Positions 28,156 to 38,382 of a stretch of DNA of 64,000 nucleotides are shown one piece after another (positions within the stretch are counted from its first letter, which is position 1; every line of letters begins with the position of its first letter). The notes under the pieces were generated by a model. It made no database searches. It was given only the letters and a program-made list of their open reading frames with translations, and was not told the origin of the DNA. The position numbers and the translations under genes are program-made. The stretch comes from an uncultured Bdellovibrionales bacterium (lineage in GTDB: Bacteria; Patescibacteriota; Minisyncoccia; Moranbacterales; UBA1568). Location of the stretch: contig CAZCNN010000001.1 in NCBI GenBank assembly GCA_964500505.1, positions 131,826 to 195,825 of the forward strand, given 5' to 3'.

Positions 28156-28422
28156 CTACTCCATCTGTGCCTCTCCGCGCTTGCGCGGAGCCACTTCACT
28201 CACTTGTGGTGAACGACGCAAACCATCACCCATGTGTCGCACGGGGTCAGATTCAGCAAACTGTACTGCTGGGGCATCCGGTACCCCTTGGTACTGATAT
28301 CGCAGGTGCCACTCGTCACGACACGGAAGCGAGCACAGTCGAACTTCGTACAAGTCGTGATAGCCATCAGCCCAATCAAATGTCCCCTTACACTGAGGAC
28401 ACACAGCGATATATACAGCCAT
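28156..28422 (-). CDS. Small putative zinc-finger protein (orphan)
   Basis: CPQC...CSLPC; GGAGG upstream of ATG 28422. Confidence 0.6.
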   Translation of the reverse strand: MAVYIAVCPQCKGTFDWADGYHDLYEVRLCSLPCRDEWHLRYQYQGVPDAPAVQFAESDPVRHMGDGLRRSPQVSEVAPRKRGEAQME

Positions 28423-28454
28423 CTTGTCCTCCATGTTGGTTCGAAAGAACGAGA

Positions 28455-30410
28455 TCACCCCCCAAAGAACTTCGCCACCTGAGAGATGATAACGAGAGCT
28501 GCAAGAGCCACCGTGATACCAATAAGGGAGTATTTGACGATAGATTTACCGGTATTGATCCGGTCTTCATCTCCAGTGGCCGTGAGGTACATGAGGCCTC
28601 CAATCACGAGCATGATAATCCCGATGATACCAATGACTGAGAGGAGGAAGTTCAGGATCCCTGTAAGAATCTCGGTGATACTCTTGGCACTGTCTGCTGG
28701 GCTACCATCAACCGCTCCCCAGCCTAAGATAGCGCCAATCTCTTTGAGGAATGACGGTGCAGCGAGAGCGAGAGCAAGGCCAATGAGAGCGGCGGTAATA
28801 ATGAGTTTGCCGGTAGAGAGCTTGGAGTCATTGCCTCCGGCCGTCATGTAAACTATGGAGCCAATCACAATCATGATAAGAGAGAGGATGACGATAATCG
28901 CTTGGAGGAAGCCTAAGAGAGAGGTAAGAATCTCATCGACGGTATTAAAGGCTAAGGGGTTACTAATGGGGATAGTGTAGAGGACGGCTTCAGAGCCAGT
29001 TCTCGCAAGGCAACAGACTCCCGTACCATCTTTGGTCCGACCGACCACTTGTTCGGTGGCGTCGTTACAGCTCGCTTTGGGGGTGCCTACATCACATTTG
29101 CTGTTGTCGGTGGGAGGATTGCCAGGAGCTGGTGAGCCTGGTGGCAGAGGAGGTGGAGTATCACCAGAACCAATTGTAACCTGGACAGTCTCTTTAGGAC
29201 CAAATCCATAAGCGCCGTCCTGCCGTTGACAAAAGAATATATAGGTTGTTGTTGCTTTTGGCGCTACAACCCGACTCCCAGTCTGGGGACTATTATCCTT
29301 CGCTACAAATAAAACAGCATTATTGCCAAGTTGTCCATCATTGCGTGTGTTCTCCTCCAACCTACAATTAGTGCCGTTTTTGATACTCCAGAAGAGAGTG
29401 GTCGTCTCCCCTACTGTTTGGAGAGATAAAGGCTCAGCATAAAAATCCAAAATTTGTGGATAAAAACCAACATTTACATAAGCAGAAAAGTGAGGGCCAT
29501 AATTACTCGTAATAGCCCCTACGCCCTTACTATCAACACACAGCATGTTATACGCCCCAGATGCAGTAGGCTGAGAGGTCATACTACCATTGACTGGGAC
29601 ATCGACCCAAGATGCGAGATTTGAATCTTGATCTGCCTTTATTTGACAACTCACTGCCCCCTGAGTTATCCAAGACAACTTGGTTGTTTCACCTGGTTCT
29701 ATGTATTGTGGATTGGTAGTAAGAGATATGTAGCTTACCTCGGAGACTGATGGAGGAGGACCAGAAGAAGCCTCTATGCAAGCAAAATTACCTAGTTGAT
29801 CCTGACCCGGGACATGATTGGGACCACAATGCCACTCACACTTACGAGCAGTATCCGCCACACTATATATCCAAGACGTATCGGCTAGGACATCGATACT
29901 ATCAGTAGGATATATCTCTATACCACTCGTTACTAGCCATGGTTCGAGTCCCGTACATTTGCCATTGGCGATGACATTAACCGTTACCTCGTCATACAAA
30001 AGGTTCTCTTCGGCAAGATACGCATACCCGCAACCAAGGCGATACGTGACCTGTCCAAGTGATGTTGGGATAAAAATACGTGGCTGAGTATGAATCGGAT
30101 GAAATTGATCCTGGATATCGGGTACCATCGAATCTGGATCAAAATACAGAGTCGCAGTTGCTACCTGTCGATAGCCATCACTGCTAGTAAAAACACATTG
30201 CTTTGGCTCGGTATCACGAGGGAACTGGTCAGCTTGGATGAATAACTCCACTTCTTCGCCAAGTCCAATTGTAGCCGGACTCTCTAAAACAAGATCAACA
30301 GACTCATTTGCTGCTTGCGCTGAAGTGATGAGACCGAGACTCATGGTAAAACCTAGGCCACTCACTAATAGCAAATTTCTAAAATACGCCTTGCATGAGA
30401 TAAATGGCAT
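28455..30410 (-). CDS. Large surface protein with two C-terminal VirB2/TrbC-like pilin units; paralog of 9340-11301
   Basis: Signal peptide; shared GAVSCQ.KAD, DV.VNGS, TPPPLPPGSP motifs; IGSIVYMTAGGNDSK and IGGLMYLTATGDEDR units. Confidence 0.8.
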   Translation of the reverse strand: MPFISCKAYFRNLLLVSGLGFTMSLGLITSAQAANESVDLVLESPATIGLGEEVELFIQADQFPRDTEPKQCVFTSSDGYRQVATATLYFDPDSMVPDIQDQFHPIHTQPRIFIPTSLGQVTYRLGCGYAYLAEENLLYDEVTVNVIANGKCTGLEPWLVTSGIEIYPTDSIDVLADTSWIYSVADTARKCEWHCGPNHVPGQDQLGNFACIEASSGPPPSVSEVSYISLTTNPQYIEPGETTKLSWITQGAVSCQIKADQDSNLASWVDVPVNGSMTSQPTASGAYNMLCVDSKGVGAITSNYGPHFSAYVNVGFYPQILDFYAEPLSLQTVGETTTLFWSIKNGTNCRLEENTRNDGQLGNNAVLFVAKDNSPQTGSRVVAPKATTTYIFFCQRQDGAYGFGPKETVQVTIGSGDTPPPLPPGSPAPGNPPTDNSKCDVGTPKASCNDATEQVVGRTKDGTGVCCLARTGSEAVLYTIPISNPLAFNTVDEILTSLLGFLQAIIVILSLIMIVIGSIVYMTAGGNDSKLSTGKLIITAALIGLALALAAPSFLKEIGAILGWGAVDGSPADSAKSITEILTGILNFLLSVIGIIGIIMLVIGGLMYLTATGDEDRINTGKSIVKYSLIGITVALAALVIISQVAKFFGG

Positions 30411-30519
30411 AAGTGCACTCTTCTTTATATTTCGTTTGTTTAATTATAGCACATACGAGTAACGCTCACCAGAAAAAACACACCCTTTAAACTTCCTTGC
30501 CATGGGTGATATAGTTTGA

Positions 30520-31452
30520 TTAAAATCCAACCAATTGCACTTCTTCTTGGAGTTTCACGCCAAGTTCGTCGCGGACACGGGTCTTGACGAGGCTCGCCAG
30601 CATGACGATATCAGTTGCCGAAGCGGTCCCAGTATTTACGAGATAGTTCGGGTGTTTGGGACTCACCTGAGCACCTCCGATGGTCTTGCCCCGTAGTCCC
30701 ACGTGATCGATGAGCCAGCCTGCTGGGAGCTTGCCATCCTTCGAGGAGTTGCCGGTATCCTTTTCAAATTCTTTGAGTAAGTGTTCGTCATTCACCAACG
30801 GATTCATAAAAAATGAACCAGCGCACTTGGCATCCTGAGGGTGCTTGGACTCACGAGTGGCCATGGTTTCCTTGATAGTACGCTCGAGGAGTACCCGATC
30901 GCCCCCCTCACGGAGTGAGAGCTCAGCCGAGAGGACCACGAGTGACGGATGCTTCTTAAAATGGCTTGTTCGGTAGGAAAATTCACATTCGGCCTGCGTA
31001 TATTCATGCACCATGCCCGTCTTCTGATCAAGCGCTTTGACCGACGTCACATACTGCCCTATTTCTGTCCCAAAGGCACCCGCATTGCCCCGGACCGCCC
31101 CGCCAAGTGACCCAGGGATACCAGCGAGTTTCTCGATTCCTGAAAGTCCAGCGTCTTTAGCAGACCAGACAACATTCATAAGCGGGACACCGGCTCCGAC
31201 CATGATTTTTACTCCCTTTACCTTGATACCCCCAGGTACAATTCGGGCAACAATTCCCGGGAAGCCTTTGTCTGCAAAAAGAACGTTGCTTCCTCCTCCG
31301 AGGACCCAAAGCGGGAGCTTGTGTTTTTCAGCATAGTCAAATACCTCCGAGAGTTCAATGGCCCCCGAGGCTTCGGCATAGTAGCGTGCTTCTCCTCCGA
31401 CCTTAAACGTGGTAAATGGAGCGAGTGGCACATGTTCACGAAGCGCAATCAT
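30520..31452 (-). CDS. murB: UDP-N-acetylenolpyruvoylglucosamine reductase
   Basis: TTFKVGG, GGGSNVL, GIPGSLGGAVRGNAGAFG, AGSFFMNP. Confidence 0.97.
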   Translation of the reverse strand: MIALREHVPLAPFTTFKVGGEARYYAEASGAIELSEVFDYAEKHKLPLWVLGGGSNVLFADKGFPGIVARIVPGGIKVKGVKIMVGAGVPLMNVVWSAKDAGLSGIEKLAGIPGSLGGAVRGNAGAFGTEIGQYVTSVKALDQKTGMVHEYTQAECEFSYRTSHFKKHPSLVVLSAELSLREGGDRVLLERTIKETMATRESKHPQDAKCAGSFFMNPLVNDEHLLKEFEKDTGNSSKDGKLPAGWLIDHVGLRGKTIGGAQVSPKHPNYLVNTGTASATDIVMLASLVKTRVRDELGVKLQEEVQLVGF

Positions 31453-31464
31453 TTGAAAGGAGAA

Positions 31465-32877
31465 TCATCGTTTAGCGAGCGCATGAGATATCTCCCACAC
31501 ATTGCCCGCACCTACGGTAATAATAACATCGTTTCGGCCCATTGTCTTCTCAAGCTCGGTCGTGAGTGCCATACTATCAGTCACATACTCTGCTTTGCCC
31601 GGAAAATAACGATTGAGCTCGTTCACCAAGTCAGCCGACGATACATGGCCAGCCACTTCACGGGCACTACCGTAGATATCAAGGACATAGACCCGATCGG
31701 CATCATCAAAGCTCTGGGCGAATTCCGAGAGGAGTGCCTCGGTCCGGGTAAATGAATGCGGATGAAAGATAGCGGTGATTTTTTTATCAGGATAGAGATC
31801 GCGGAAGGCACGGAGCGTCACGCGGAGCTCCTCTGGATGATGAGCATAATCATCGTAAAGCATCGCACCATAGCGCTCACCGATATACTCAAAGCGTCGC
31901 TCGGTCCCGGTGAACCGCTCAAGGGCCGCTGTCACGCGCTCATTCTTAAGCCCCAGGGTCGAGAGGAGCGCCACCACGGCTGTGGCATTCAAGGCATTGT
32001 GGACCCCAGCGAGACGCAGACGATAACTCTCAGCCTGTTCTCCAGTTACCACCGAAAGGCTCTGGCGAAACATGTCCTTCTCGGTCACAAATCCCGGTGT
32101 GACAGGTAAATAGTCAGTTACCCGAAACTCTGCCTCCTTATGAGTCCCGTAGGACACTTTGCGACAGTGAGCATGCTCCGCTATCCGAACGACACTGGCT
32201 GAATCAGCGCAATAGACGAGGACTCCCTGGGCAGGGATACGAGCGACAAAATCGATAAATGCCTGTTCGTAGGACTGTTCGGTCAGGAAAAAATCCGGAT
32301 GATCATAGTCGACACTGGTGAGGATGACCGCAAACGGCTGGTAGTGAGCCAGTTTGTTCTGATACTCATCTGCTTCCAGTACCAAGTAGTTCCCATGGCC
32401 CGCGAGCGCATTGCCACCCCAGCTTATGATGCGACTGCCGACAATGGCCGAAGGATCTTGGCCGAGATACTCGAGGGTGTCGGCGAGGAGCGCGCTCGTC
32501 GTCGTCTTGCCATGCGTGCCGCAAACTGCCAGAGTGAGTTTTTCACGAGTCAGGAGGCCGAGCGCTTCGGGATAACTGAGTACCGGTCGCTTACTCGCCA
32601 GAGCGGCCGCGAGTTCCGTATTTCGCTCGGGTGTATAAGCCGTCGAATAGATGATGAGGTCAGCATCCTCCGGGATATGCTCGGGAGCAAACCCCACCTC
32701 TACCACTATCCCGAGACGATTGAGTATCTCGTCGGTAAAAAAGACCTCGTCTGTATCGGATCCCGTGACCGCCATCCCATTCCGAAGGAGGAGCTCAGCC
32801 AAGGCCGTCATCCCGGCCCCCTTGATACCAATGAGGTGCGGCTTTTTGTAGCGAAACAAAGAAAGAGTGTCTGACAT
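31465..32877 (-). CDS. murC: UDP-N-acetylmuramate--L-alanine ligase
   Basis: IGIKGAGM, GTHGKTTT, EADEY, DHPD, DDYAHHP. Confidence 0.97.
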   Translation of the reverse strand: MSDTLSLFRYKKPHLIGIKGAGMTALAELLLRNGMAVTGSDTDEVFFTDEILNRLGIVVEVGFAPEHIPEDADLIIYSTAYTPERNTELAAALASKRPVLSYPEALGLLTREKLTLAVCGTHGKTTTSALLADTLEYLGQDPSAIVGSRIISWGGNALAGHGNYLVLEADEYQNKLAHYQPFAVILTSVDYDHPDFFLTEQSYEQAFIDFVARIPAQGVLVYCADSASVVRIAEHAHCRKVSYGTHKEAEFRVTDYLPVTPGFVTEKDMFRQSLSVVTGEQAESYRLRLAGVHNALNATAVVALLSTLGLKNERVTAALERFTGTERRFEYIGERYGAMLYDDYAHHPEELRVTLRAFRDLYPDKKITAIFHPHSFTRTEALLSEFAQSFDDADRVYVLDIYGSAREVAGHVSSADLVNELNRYFPGKAEYVTDSMALTTELEKTMGRNDVIITVGAGNVWEISHALAKR

Positions 32878-32879
32878 AC

Positions 32880-33998
32880 CTAGCGGACAATAATCGAACG
32901 GATACCAGTCGCTATCGCCTCGGCTGCATCCGGATGATGAAAGACTGAGAGCTTCTCGCCCATCGACTGACGGAGTTCCGGATTGTTCACGAGTTCGATA
33001 ATTTTTTGGGTCAAGAGATGCTCGCCGAGGTTCGGCTCTTCGAGGACGATGGCTCCCCCGATAGCGGCGACATCATAGGCATTCATCCGCTGTTCATCAT
33101 TGGCCGCTCCAAGAAGTGGCACGAGGATGGTAGCCTTTTTGGTCGCCGCGAGCTCAGCGATAGAGCTAGCACCAGCCCGCGATAGGACCACGGTTGCCAG
33201 AGCCAGAGCGTCCGCGAGTTCGGGCGCAGTCAAGAAATCACGCACCACGTAGCCATTGCCTGGTGCGATGCCATTTTCTGCGAGTACCTTTTGGATGGTA
33301 TCAAAGTTCTGTTTGCCTGACTGATGAATAATCTGGATACCGGCCTGGAGGAGTTCGAGAAGGATGCGGAGGACGGCTTCATTGAGTACCATTGCCCCCT
33401 GGCTGCCGCCTAAGACGAGGAGAGTCGGTTTGTCCATAGATAAGCCATAGGTACTCGCCGCGCGACTAGCATCACCCGAGAGGATTTCTGCCCTCACCGG
33501 GTTCCCCGTGAGTGCGGTCTTGCCCTCAAGGAAATAGGTACGAGCGCTCGGATAGGCGATAGCGATCCGCGTCGCAAAGCGAGCGAGGAAGCGATTGGCA
33601 CGCCCAGCCACTGCGTCTGAATCATGGAGTACGACCGGAATCTGGTAGAGCCAAGCGGCGATAACAACGGGGACCGAAGCCGATCCGCCCTTGGCAAAGA
33701 CGACATCTGGCATGAAGACAAAGAGTCGCCACAGGGACTGAATGATGCCAATCGGCACTTTAAAAGGATCGACAAAGTTTTGCCACGAAAAGTAACGGCG
33801 CATCTTGCCGGTCATGACATACTGTGCGGGGATATTTTCAGTGGCCATGGCGTCACTCTCAAACTGGCCACGCGACCCAATAAACAAGAACTCTATCCCT
33901 TCGGGAAATTGTGCCCGAAGAGCGCGCGCCACAGCAATAAGTGGAAAGGTGTGTCCGCCAGAAACACCGCCAGAGAGGACCACGCGAGGAATAGCCAT
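32880..33998 (-). CDS. murG: Lipid I N-acetylglucosaminyltransferase
   Basis: GGVSGGH, TGKMRRY, KGG, TGNPVR, GGSQGA, RAGA, EQRMNA. Confidence 0.96.
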   Translation of the reverse strand: MAIPRVVLSGGVSGGHTFPLIAVARALRAQFPEGIEFLFIGSRGQFESDAMATENIPAQYVMTGKMRRYFSWQNFVDPFKVPIGIIQSLWRLFVFMPDVVFAKGGSASVPVVIAAWLYQIPVVLHDSDAVAGRANRFLARFATRIAIAYPSARTYFLEGKTALTGNPVRAEILSGDASRAASTYGLSMDKPTLLVLGGSQGAMVLNEAVLRILLELLQAGIQIIHQSGKQNFDTIQKVLAENGIAPGNGYVVRDFLTAPELADALALATVVLSRAGASSIAELAATKKATILVPLLGAANDEQRMNAYDVAAIGGAIVLEEPNLGEHLLTQKIIELVNNPELRQSMGEKLSVFHHPDAAEAIATGIRSIIVR

Positions 33999-34004
33999 AA
34001 TAAG

Positions 34005-34091
34005 ATGAATCAAGAATCAGGAATTATGAATCAGGAAAACAAAGAAAAGTATTTTCAGGCTCACTCTTCGTGCTTCTGTATTCCTAATTCC
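34005..34091. repeat. Inverted pair of heptamer tandem arrays between ftsW and murG
   Basis: ATGAATC-AAGAATC-AGGAATT-ATGAATC, then CTCTTCG-TGCTTCT-GTATTCC-TAATTCC. Confidence 0.7.
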
Positions 34092-35199
34092 GCTCCTTCA
34101 GTGTACTGTGCTTGCTTATATTAAGCAAGATTCCCATGGCTGCCAAAATCACTGCCAGTGACGTCCCTCCGTAGCTAATAAATGGGAGTGGAATACCGGT
34201 GAGTGGGATGAGTCCCGTGATGGCAGAAATATTGATAAAAGCCTGAAATACGATCCACGAGACGATACCGACGGCGAGGAGTCGCCCGAATTCATCCGGC
34301 GCTCGAGCGGCGATACGGAGTCCGCGCCACGCGACAAAGAGAAAGAGTGAGACCACCACGACAGCGCCGATCATGCCGAGTTCCTCACCGAGGACTGCAA
34401 AGATAGAGTCGGTCACCGGCTCGGGGAGATAGTTGAACTTTTGACGACTCTGGCCGAGCCCGGCCCCGACGATGCCACCCGACCCGATGGCGAGGAGCGC
34501 CTGGGTCATCTGATACCCAAAGCCCATCGGATCATGCTCGGGATTCATAAAGACGAGAAAACGCTGCATCCGATACGGGGCAATCTGGATGAGAATAAAA
34601 AGAAACAAGAGCCCCCCAGCAAAGAGACTGAGGATATGACGGATACTGGCCCCGGAAGCAAAGAAGATAGCGAGCGAAATAAGGAAAATGAGTCCGAGCG
34701 TCCCGGTATCAGGCTGTTTGATGATGAGAAAGCCGACAATGGAGAGAAGAGCGAGAAATGGCACCAGCCCTTCAAAGAGATCAGATGTCTTGGCCCGACC
34801 TTTGCCGGAGAGCCAGGCCGAGAGGTAGAGAATAATAGCAAATTTCATCACTTCCGATGGCTGAAAGGAAATCGGTCCAATCTCGACCCAGCGAGCCGCT
34901 CCATAGACCGTGGTCCCAAACCCGGGGATAAAAACGAGGACCAAGAGGACGAGCGCCGTGATAAAGATAGGGAGGACAAACCGGCGCCACACCCGATAGT
35001 CGATTTGCTGGAGAATCAAGAGAAACGTGAGGCCCACTCCGAGACCAAGGAGTTGCTCCTTCAAGAAATAATAGTCATCACCAAAGCGCACTCGACCGTA
35101 CACCACACCGGCACTGGCGATCATGATGAGGCCGAGACCGAGGAGGGATAGGAGAGCAAAAAACAGCGGTCGGTCAAAATTAAACGTTGGTCGTTTCAT
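34084..35199 (-). CDS. ftsW: SEDS peptidoglycan polymerase FtsW
   Basis: GAARW, FQPSE, QPDTGT, YLPEPVTDSIF, GIPLPFISYGGTS; next to murG. Confidence 0.95.
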   Translation of the reverse strand: MKRPTFNFDRPLFFALLSLLGLGLIMIASAGVVYGRVRFGDDYYFLKEQLLGLGVGLTFLLILQQIDYRVWRRFVLPIFITALVLLVLVFIPGFGTTVYGAARWVEIGPISFQPSEVMKFAIILYLSAWLSGKGRAKTSDLFEGLVPFLALLSIVGFLIIKQPDTGTLGLIFLISLAIFFASGASIRHILSLFAGGLLFLFILIQIAPYRMQRFLVFMNPEHDPMGFGYQMTQALLAIGSGGIVGAGLGQSRQKFNYLPEPVTDSIFAVLGEELGMIGAVVVVSLFLFVAWRGLRIAARAPDEFGRLLAVGIVSWIVFQAFINISAITGLIPLTGIPLPFISYGGTSLAVILAAMGILLNISKHSTLKERN

Positions 35200-35881
35200 C
35201 GGTTTCTGTTGTTTTGGTATGAGTTTTGGCGACACTCTCACGCCACTTGGCGATGGCGGCATGGTGACCGGAGAGGAGTACCTGTGGGACGCGATTCCCC
35301 TGCCAAACTTCTGGCTTGGTGTACTGCGGATGCTCGAGGACGCCAGCTACCGTGTGTGACTCGGTTACCGCACTCTCATCATTGCCGAGTACCCCCGGCA
35401 CGAGTCGGGCCACCGCGTCGACGACGATCATGGCGGGGAGTTCTCCGCCCGTGAGCACATATTCGCCGATCGAGAGCTCCTCATCGACGAGATGCTCCGC
35501 GACGCGCTCATCGACCCCCTCGTAGCGTCCACAGAGAAGAATCAGCCGATCGTAGGTGGCGAGCCGCTTCACATCATCTTGGGTCATGATTTTACCCTTG
35601 GCAGAAAAGAGGATGGTTCGAGTAGCTTGTAGCGTGTAGGTGGTAGGTAGTAATTTTTTAACTGTTTCGAGCGCTTCAGCAATCGGCTCGACTTTGAGGA
35701 CCATGCCTGCCCCACCACCATACGGTGTATCATCGACCGTCTTGTGCTTGTCATGAGCATAGTCACGCAGTTGATGTGTCTCTACCTCAATCAGCCCCTT
35801 GTCAGAGGCGCGCTTGAGCATCGACACGCCAAAATACGAGTCGAAACTTTCTGGAAAGAGTGAAATAATATCAAATCTCAT
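35180..35881 (-). CDS. trmD: tRNA (guanine37-N1)-methyltransferase
   Basis: VDDTPYGGGAGM, CGRYEGVDER, SIGEYVLTGGE, VLLSGHH. Confidence 0.97.
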   Translation of the reverse strand: MRFDIISLFPESFDSYFGVSMLKRASDKGLIEVETHQLRDYAHDKHKTVDDTPYGGGAGMVLKVEPIAEALETVKKLLPTTYTLQATRTILFSAKGKIMTQDDVKRLATYDRLILLCGRYEGVDERVAEHLVDEELSIGEYVLTGGELPAMIVVDAVARLVPGVLGNDESAVTESHTVAGVLEHPQYTKPEVWQGNRVPQVLLSGHHAAIAKWRESVAKTHTKTTETDETTNV

Positions 35882-35989
35882 GTGAGTCATGTTATCGCCT
35901 ACATTATCATCCATTGTAGCATAGCTCCATTCGCTTTTGTAGAAAAAAAAGCCGTTGAGATATGTCCCAACGACTAACACATACACGGC

Positions 35990-36793
35990 TCAGGCGGTCG
36001 CCACATCCCCGACATCCGTGAGAACGGGCAGGACAAAGTCGCGGATCAGCCGCAGATCTCTGGCGTCATTCGGCGCGAGAACGCCAGGATAGACGTCATG
36101 CAACCGCCAAGTGATGTCCGTTGACATGTCAGGATGTCGCTCGCTCACCAGAAACACGGTAACTGGATTGGCGAACACATCAAAACGCGTCTTCACGCCG
36201 ATCGGAATCAGGTGATCCTGCTCAGGTGGCACCCACACATCGAGAGCATACCTGCCGCTGACCATGACATCAGGACAATCGGCATCAAACAGTAGGCTGA
36301 GTACTCGGCCCTTTGACGGATAAATGGCCGTCTTATGCAGGACACCTGACAGGCGACACTCAGAGCCATAGTAGCGTCCAGTGCGCGCCAGGTCGCTCAT
36401 GTACCAGGCTTTCCGCCACTTGATATAGCGACGTATCCCGTACCACTCGATGACGCTCGCGCCGGTCAGCACCAATACAAGACTCGGCCAACCACTCGTC
36501 CATCTCGAGAACAGGAAGAGCAACATCATGTTGAAGCAGAAGAAAAGCAGTCCCCTTCGCCACGAGATGCCACCGTCAAATCGCTCGAGATCTCGAGCGA
36601 GCGCTGGTCTCGGATAGCCGGTGAAGAACGCACCCGTGCGAGCGCAGTGCTTCTGCAAAAAGCGCTCGAGATAGCGTTCAATATCGAGGAGGTTCATCCC
36701 CGACCAATGCGCCAGCATACCCGCCATCGCAAAGGTCCCGATGAAATAAAAACTCGAGATGAATACCTCGAACGCCGTCAGTTCAAATCGCAT
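35990..36793 (-). CDS. Orphan membrane protein
   Basis: 267-aa ORF with three hydrophobic segments; AGGAG SD. Confidence 0.65.
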   Translation of the reverse strand: MRFELTAFEVFISSFYFIGTFAMAGMLAHWSGMNLLDIERYLERFLQKHCARTGAFFTGYPRPALARDLERFDGGISWRRGLLFFCFNMMLLFLFSRWTSGWPSLVLVLTGASVIEWYGIRRYIKWRKAWYMSDLARTGRYYGSECRLSGVLHKTAIYPSKGRVLSLLFDADCPDVMVSGRYALDVWVPPEQDHLIPIGVKTRFDVFANPVTVFLVSERHPDMSTDITWRLHDVYPGVLAPNDARDLRLIRDFVLPVLTDVGDVATA

Positions 36794-36880
36794 GAGAAAT
36801 CTCCTGCGCCGTAGCGCCTTGTTGTAAAAGCCTCAGATGAGGCGATGGAAAGAACGCTGCCAAATTGTATGCAAACAAAA

Positions 36881-36987
36881 AGGCAGTAGTGAAGGGGTAT
36901 CAAGAGCACATGCAGGATACCCCTTGGCTACTGCCTCGAAACTGCGGGTTTCGAAACAGCTGGAACCCGCATCGAGTGCGGGATGAC
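36881..36987. repeat. Cluster of palindromes, including an RPE-like half element
   Basis: AGGCAGTAG..AAGGGGTATC-N14-GATACCCCTT..CTACTGCCT (36881-36936); CTGGAACCCGCATCGAGTGCGGGATGAC (36960-36987). Confidence 0.65.
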
Positions 36988-36998
36988 GCAGAATTACG

Positions 36999-38366
36999 TC
37001 ATTTAATCTCACTATATATTGTGTTTCTATTGAGAGTAAACGTCTTGGTTTCTTTGGTGCCATCAGCCTGGATGACCGTGACTGAGACTGGCACATCGTT
37101 GAGACCTGGTTGCTTCTCTACCTTCAAATCATACCATGTCCGCTCCATGTCCTTCGGCAAGGTATAGCGAAGCGTCACTGTCTTTTCGGTACCGAGAGGC
37201 ACATGGACGAGCATCCCAAAATACTTTTTGTTGGCAAACTCACCAAATACGGGTTCGGTCGCGGTATTGGTCGCACTCGTGAGATAGCTCCCCTGTGGCA
37301 CATAGACCCGGAGGAACGTCTGATAGTCCTTAGTAAACCAGTCTCTCTTCTCGGCGGTATGACGATACGTCACCGCAAGCGTCACTTCGGGGGCGTCCTT
37401 ACTGAGGTCTACGGTATAGTCATACGAGCGCTTGACGAAATAGTCACTCTTAAAGGAGTTCAGGTTCGCATCCACGAGGAGGAGATAGTCATTCTGCCAG
37501 TCAATATCGAGACGTCCGTCCCAACCCGCTGCCACCACCGTCTCCTGCAGGTTCTCATCACGAAACAAGAGCTGGACGTCTTTGCGATTGAGATCATCGA
37601 GCATGACTTGGAAGAGCTCATATTTCTTGTTAAGCGGCAGAGCTTTGACTCGATCGAGTATCTCGAGTCCGAGGATTCCCATCACTGATTTGCGTTCGCC
37701 AAAATCGATATTTTGCTTGAGATAGCCCTGTTCTACCTGATACTCTAGATCGAGGATCGCGTTGTCAGCCCCATAGGTACCTGGGTAGCCCTCAAGTTCC
37801 ACCGGTCCAGTTACCCGGAGGAATGACGTGAGGACGTTCGTAGTCACCCCGATGATACCATCAAACTTTTCGCCACCCTGCCCCATCTGATAAAACGTTT
37901 CGGCCCACTTGGCATTTTCGGCAAAGTCAGGAGAATAGTTGGAATCACGAAACTTCCACGAAGGAATCTTGAGGGTTTCCTTCATGGGGTACGGCGGAGC
38001 AACCGTGTCGGGGATACGCCCGTCAAAGTTGCCGGTGTCATGGACCAGAAACTGGGTGATATGACCATCACGAACCTTGAGAATACCAAAACTCCCGATG
38101 AAGCCACCTCCTGGGCGGAGTTCCATGCTGTTCTGGAACAACAAAAGAAATGTTTTTTCCTGGCCATCAGTATCGAGGAGTGAGTCAGCGAGCGAGATGA
38201 CGGTGTCGAGATCGGTCCGTGTCTCTTGCCCTACCGGGAGAATCCCAAGGAGACGCTTCAGACTCTCGAGCCCGTGAGTGCGCACTTCCCAAAACACAAA
38301 CCAACCGGTCAAAAAAATGACCGCCACGGTAACAAAGATGATCCAAAACTTCTTAGAATGCTGCAT
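36999..38366 (-). CDS. DUF4012-domain membrane-anchored protein
   Basis: LLLFQNSMELRPGGGFIGS, RDSNYSPDF, KSD, FLRVYVP, KQPG. Confidence 0.88.
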   Translation of the reverse strand: MQHSKKFWIIFVTVAVIFLTGWFVFWEVRTHGLESLKRLLGILPVGQETRTDLDTVISLADSLLDTDGQEKTFLLLFQNSMELRPGGGFIGSFGILKVRDGHITQFLVHDTGNFDGRIPDTVAPPYPMKETLKIPSWKFRDSNYSPDFAENAKWAETFYQMGQGGEKFDGIIGVTTNVLTSFLRVTGPVELEGYPGTYGADNAILDLEYQVEQGYLKQNIDFGERKSVMGILGLEILDRVKALPLNKKYELFQVMLDDLNRKDVQLLFRDENLQETVVAAGWDGRLDIDWQNDYLLLVDANLNSFKSDYFVKRSYDYTVDLSKDAPEVTLAVTYRHTAEKRDWFTKDYQTFLRVYVPQGSYLTSATNTATEPVFGEFANKKYFGMLVHVPLGTEKTVTLRYTLPKDMERTWYDLKVEKQPGLNDVPVSVTVIQADGTKETKTFTLNRNTIYSEIK

Positions 38367-38382
38367 GGTGATAGAAAAGAAA

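Noticed and set aside
9340-30410. Diversity-generating retroelement acting on the two pilin paralogs
   Set aside because: No reverse transcriptase, and no near-identical repeat pair with adenine-specific mismatches. The divergence is general.
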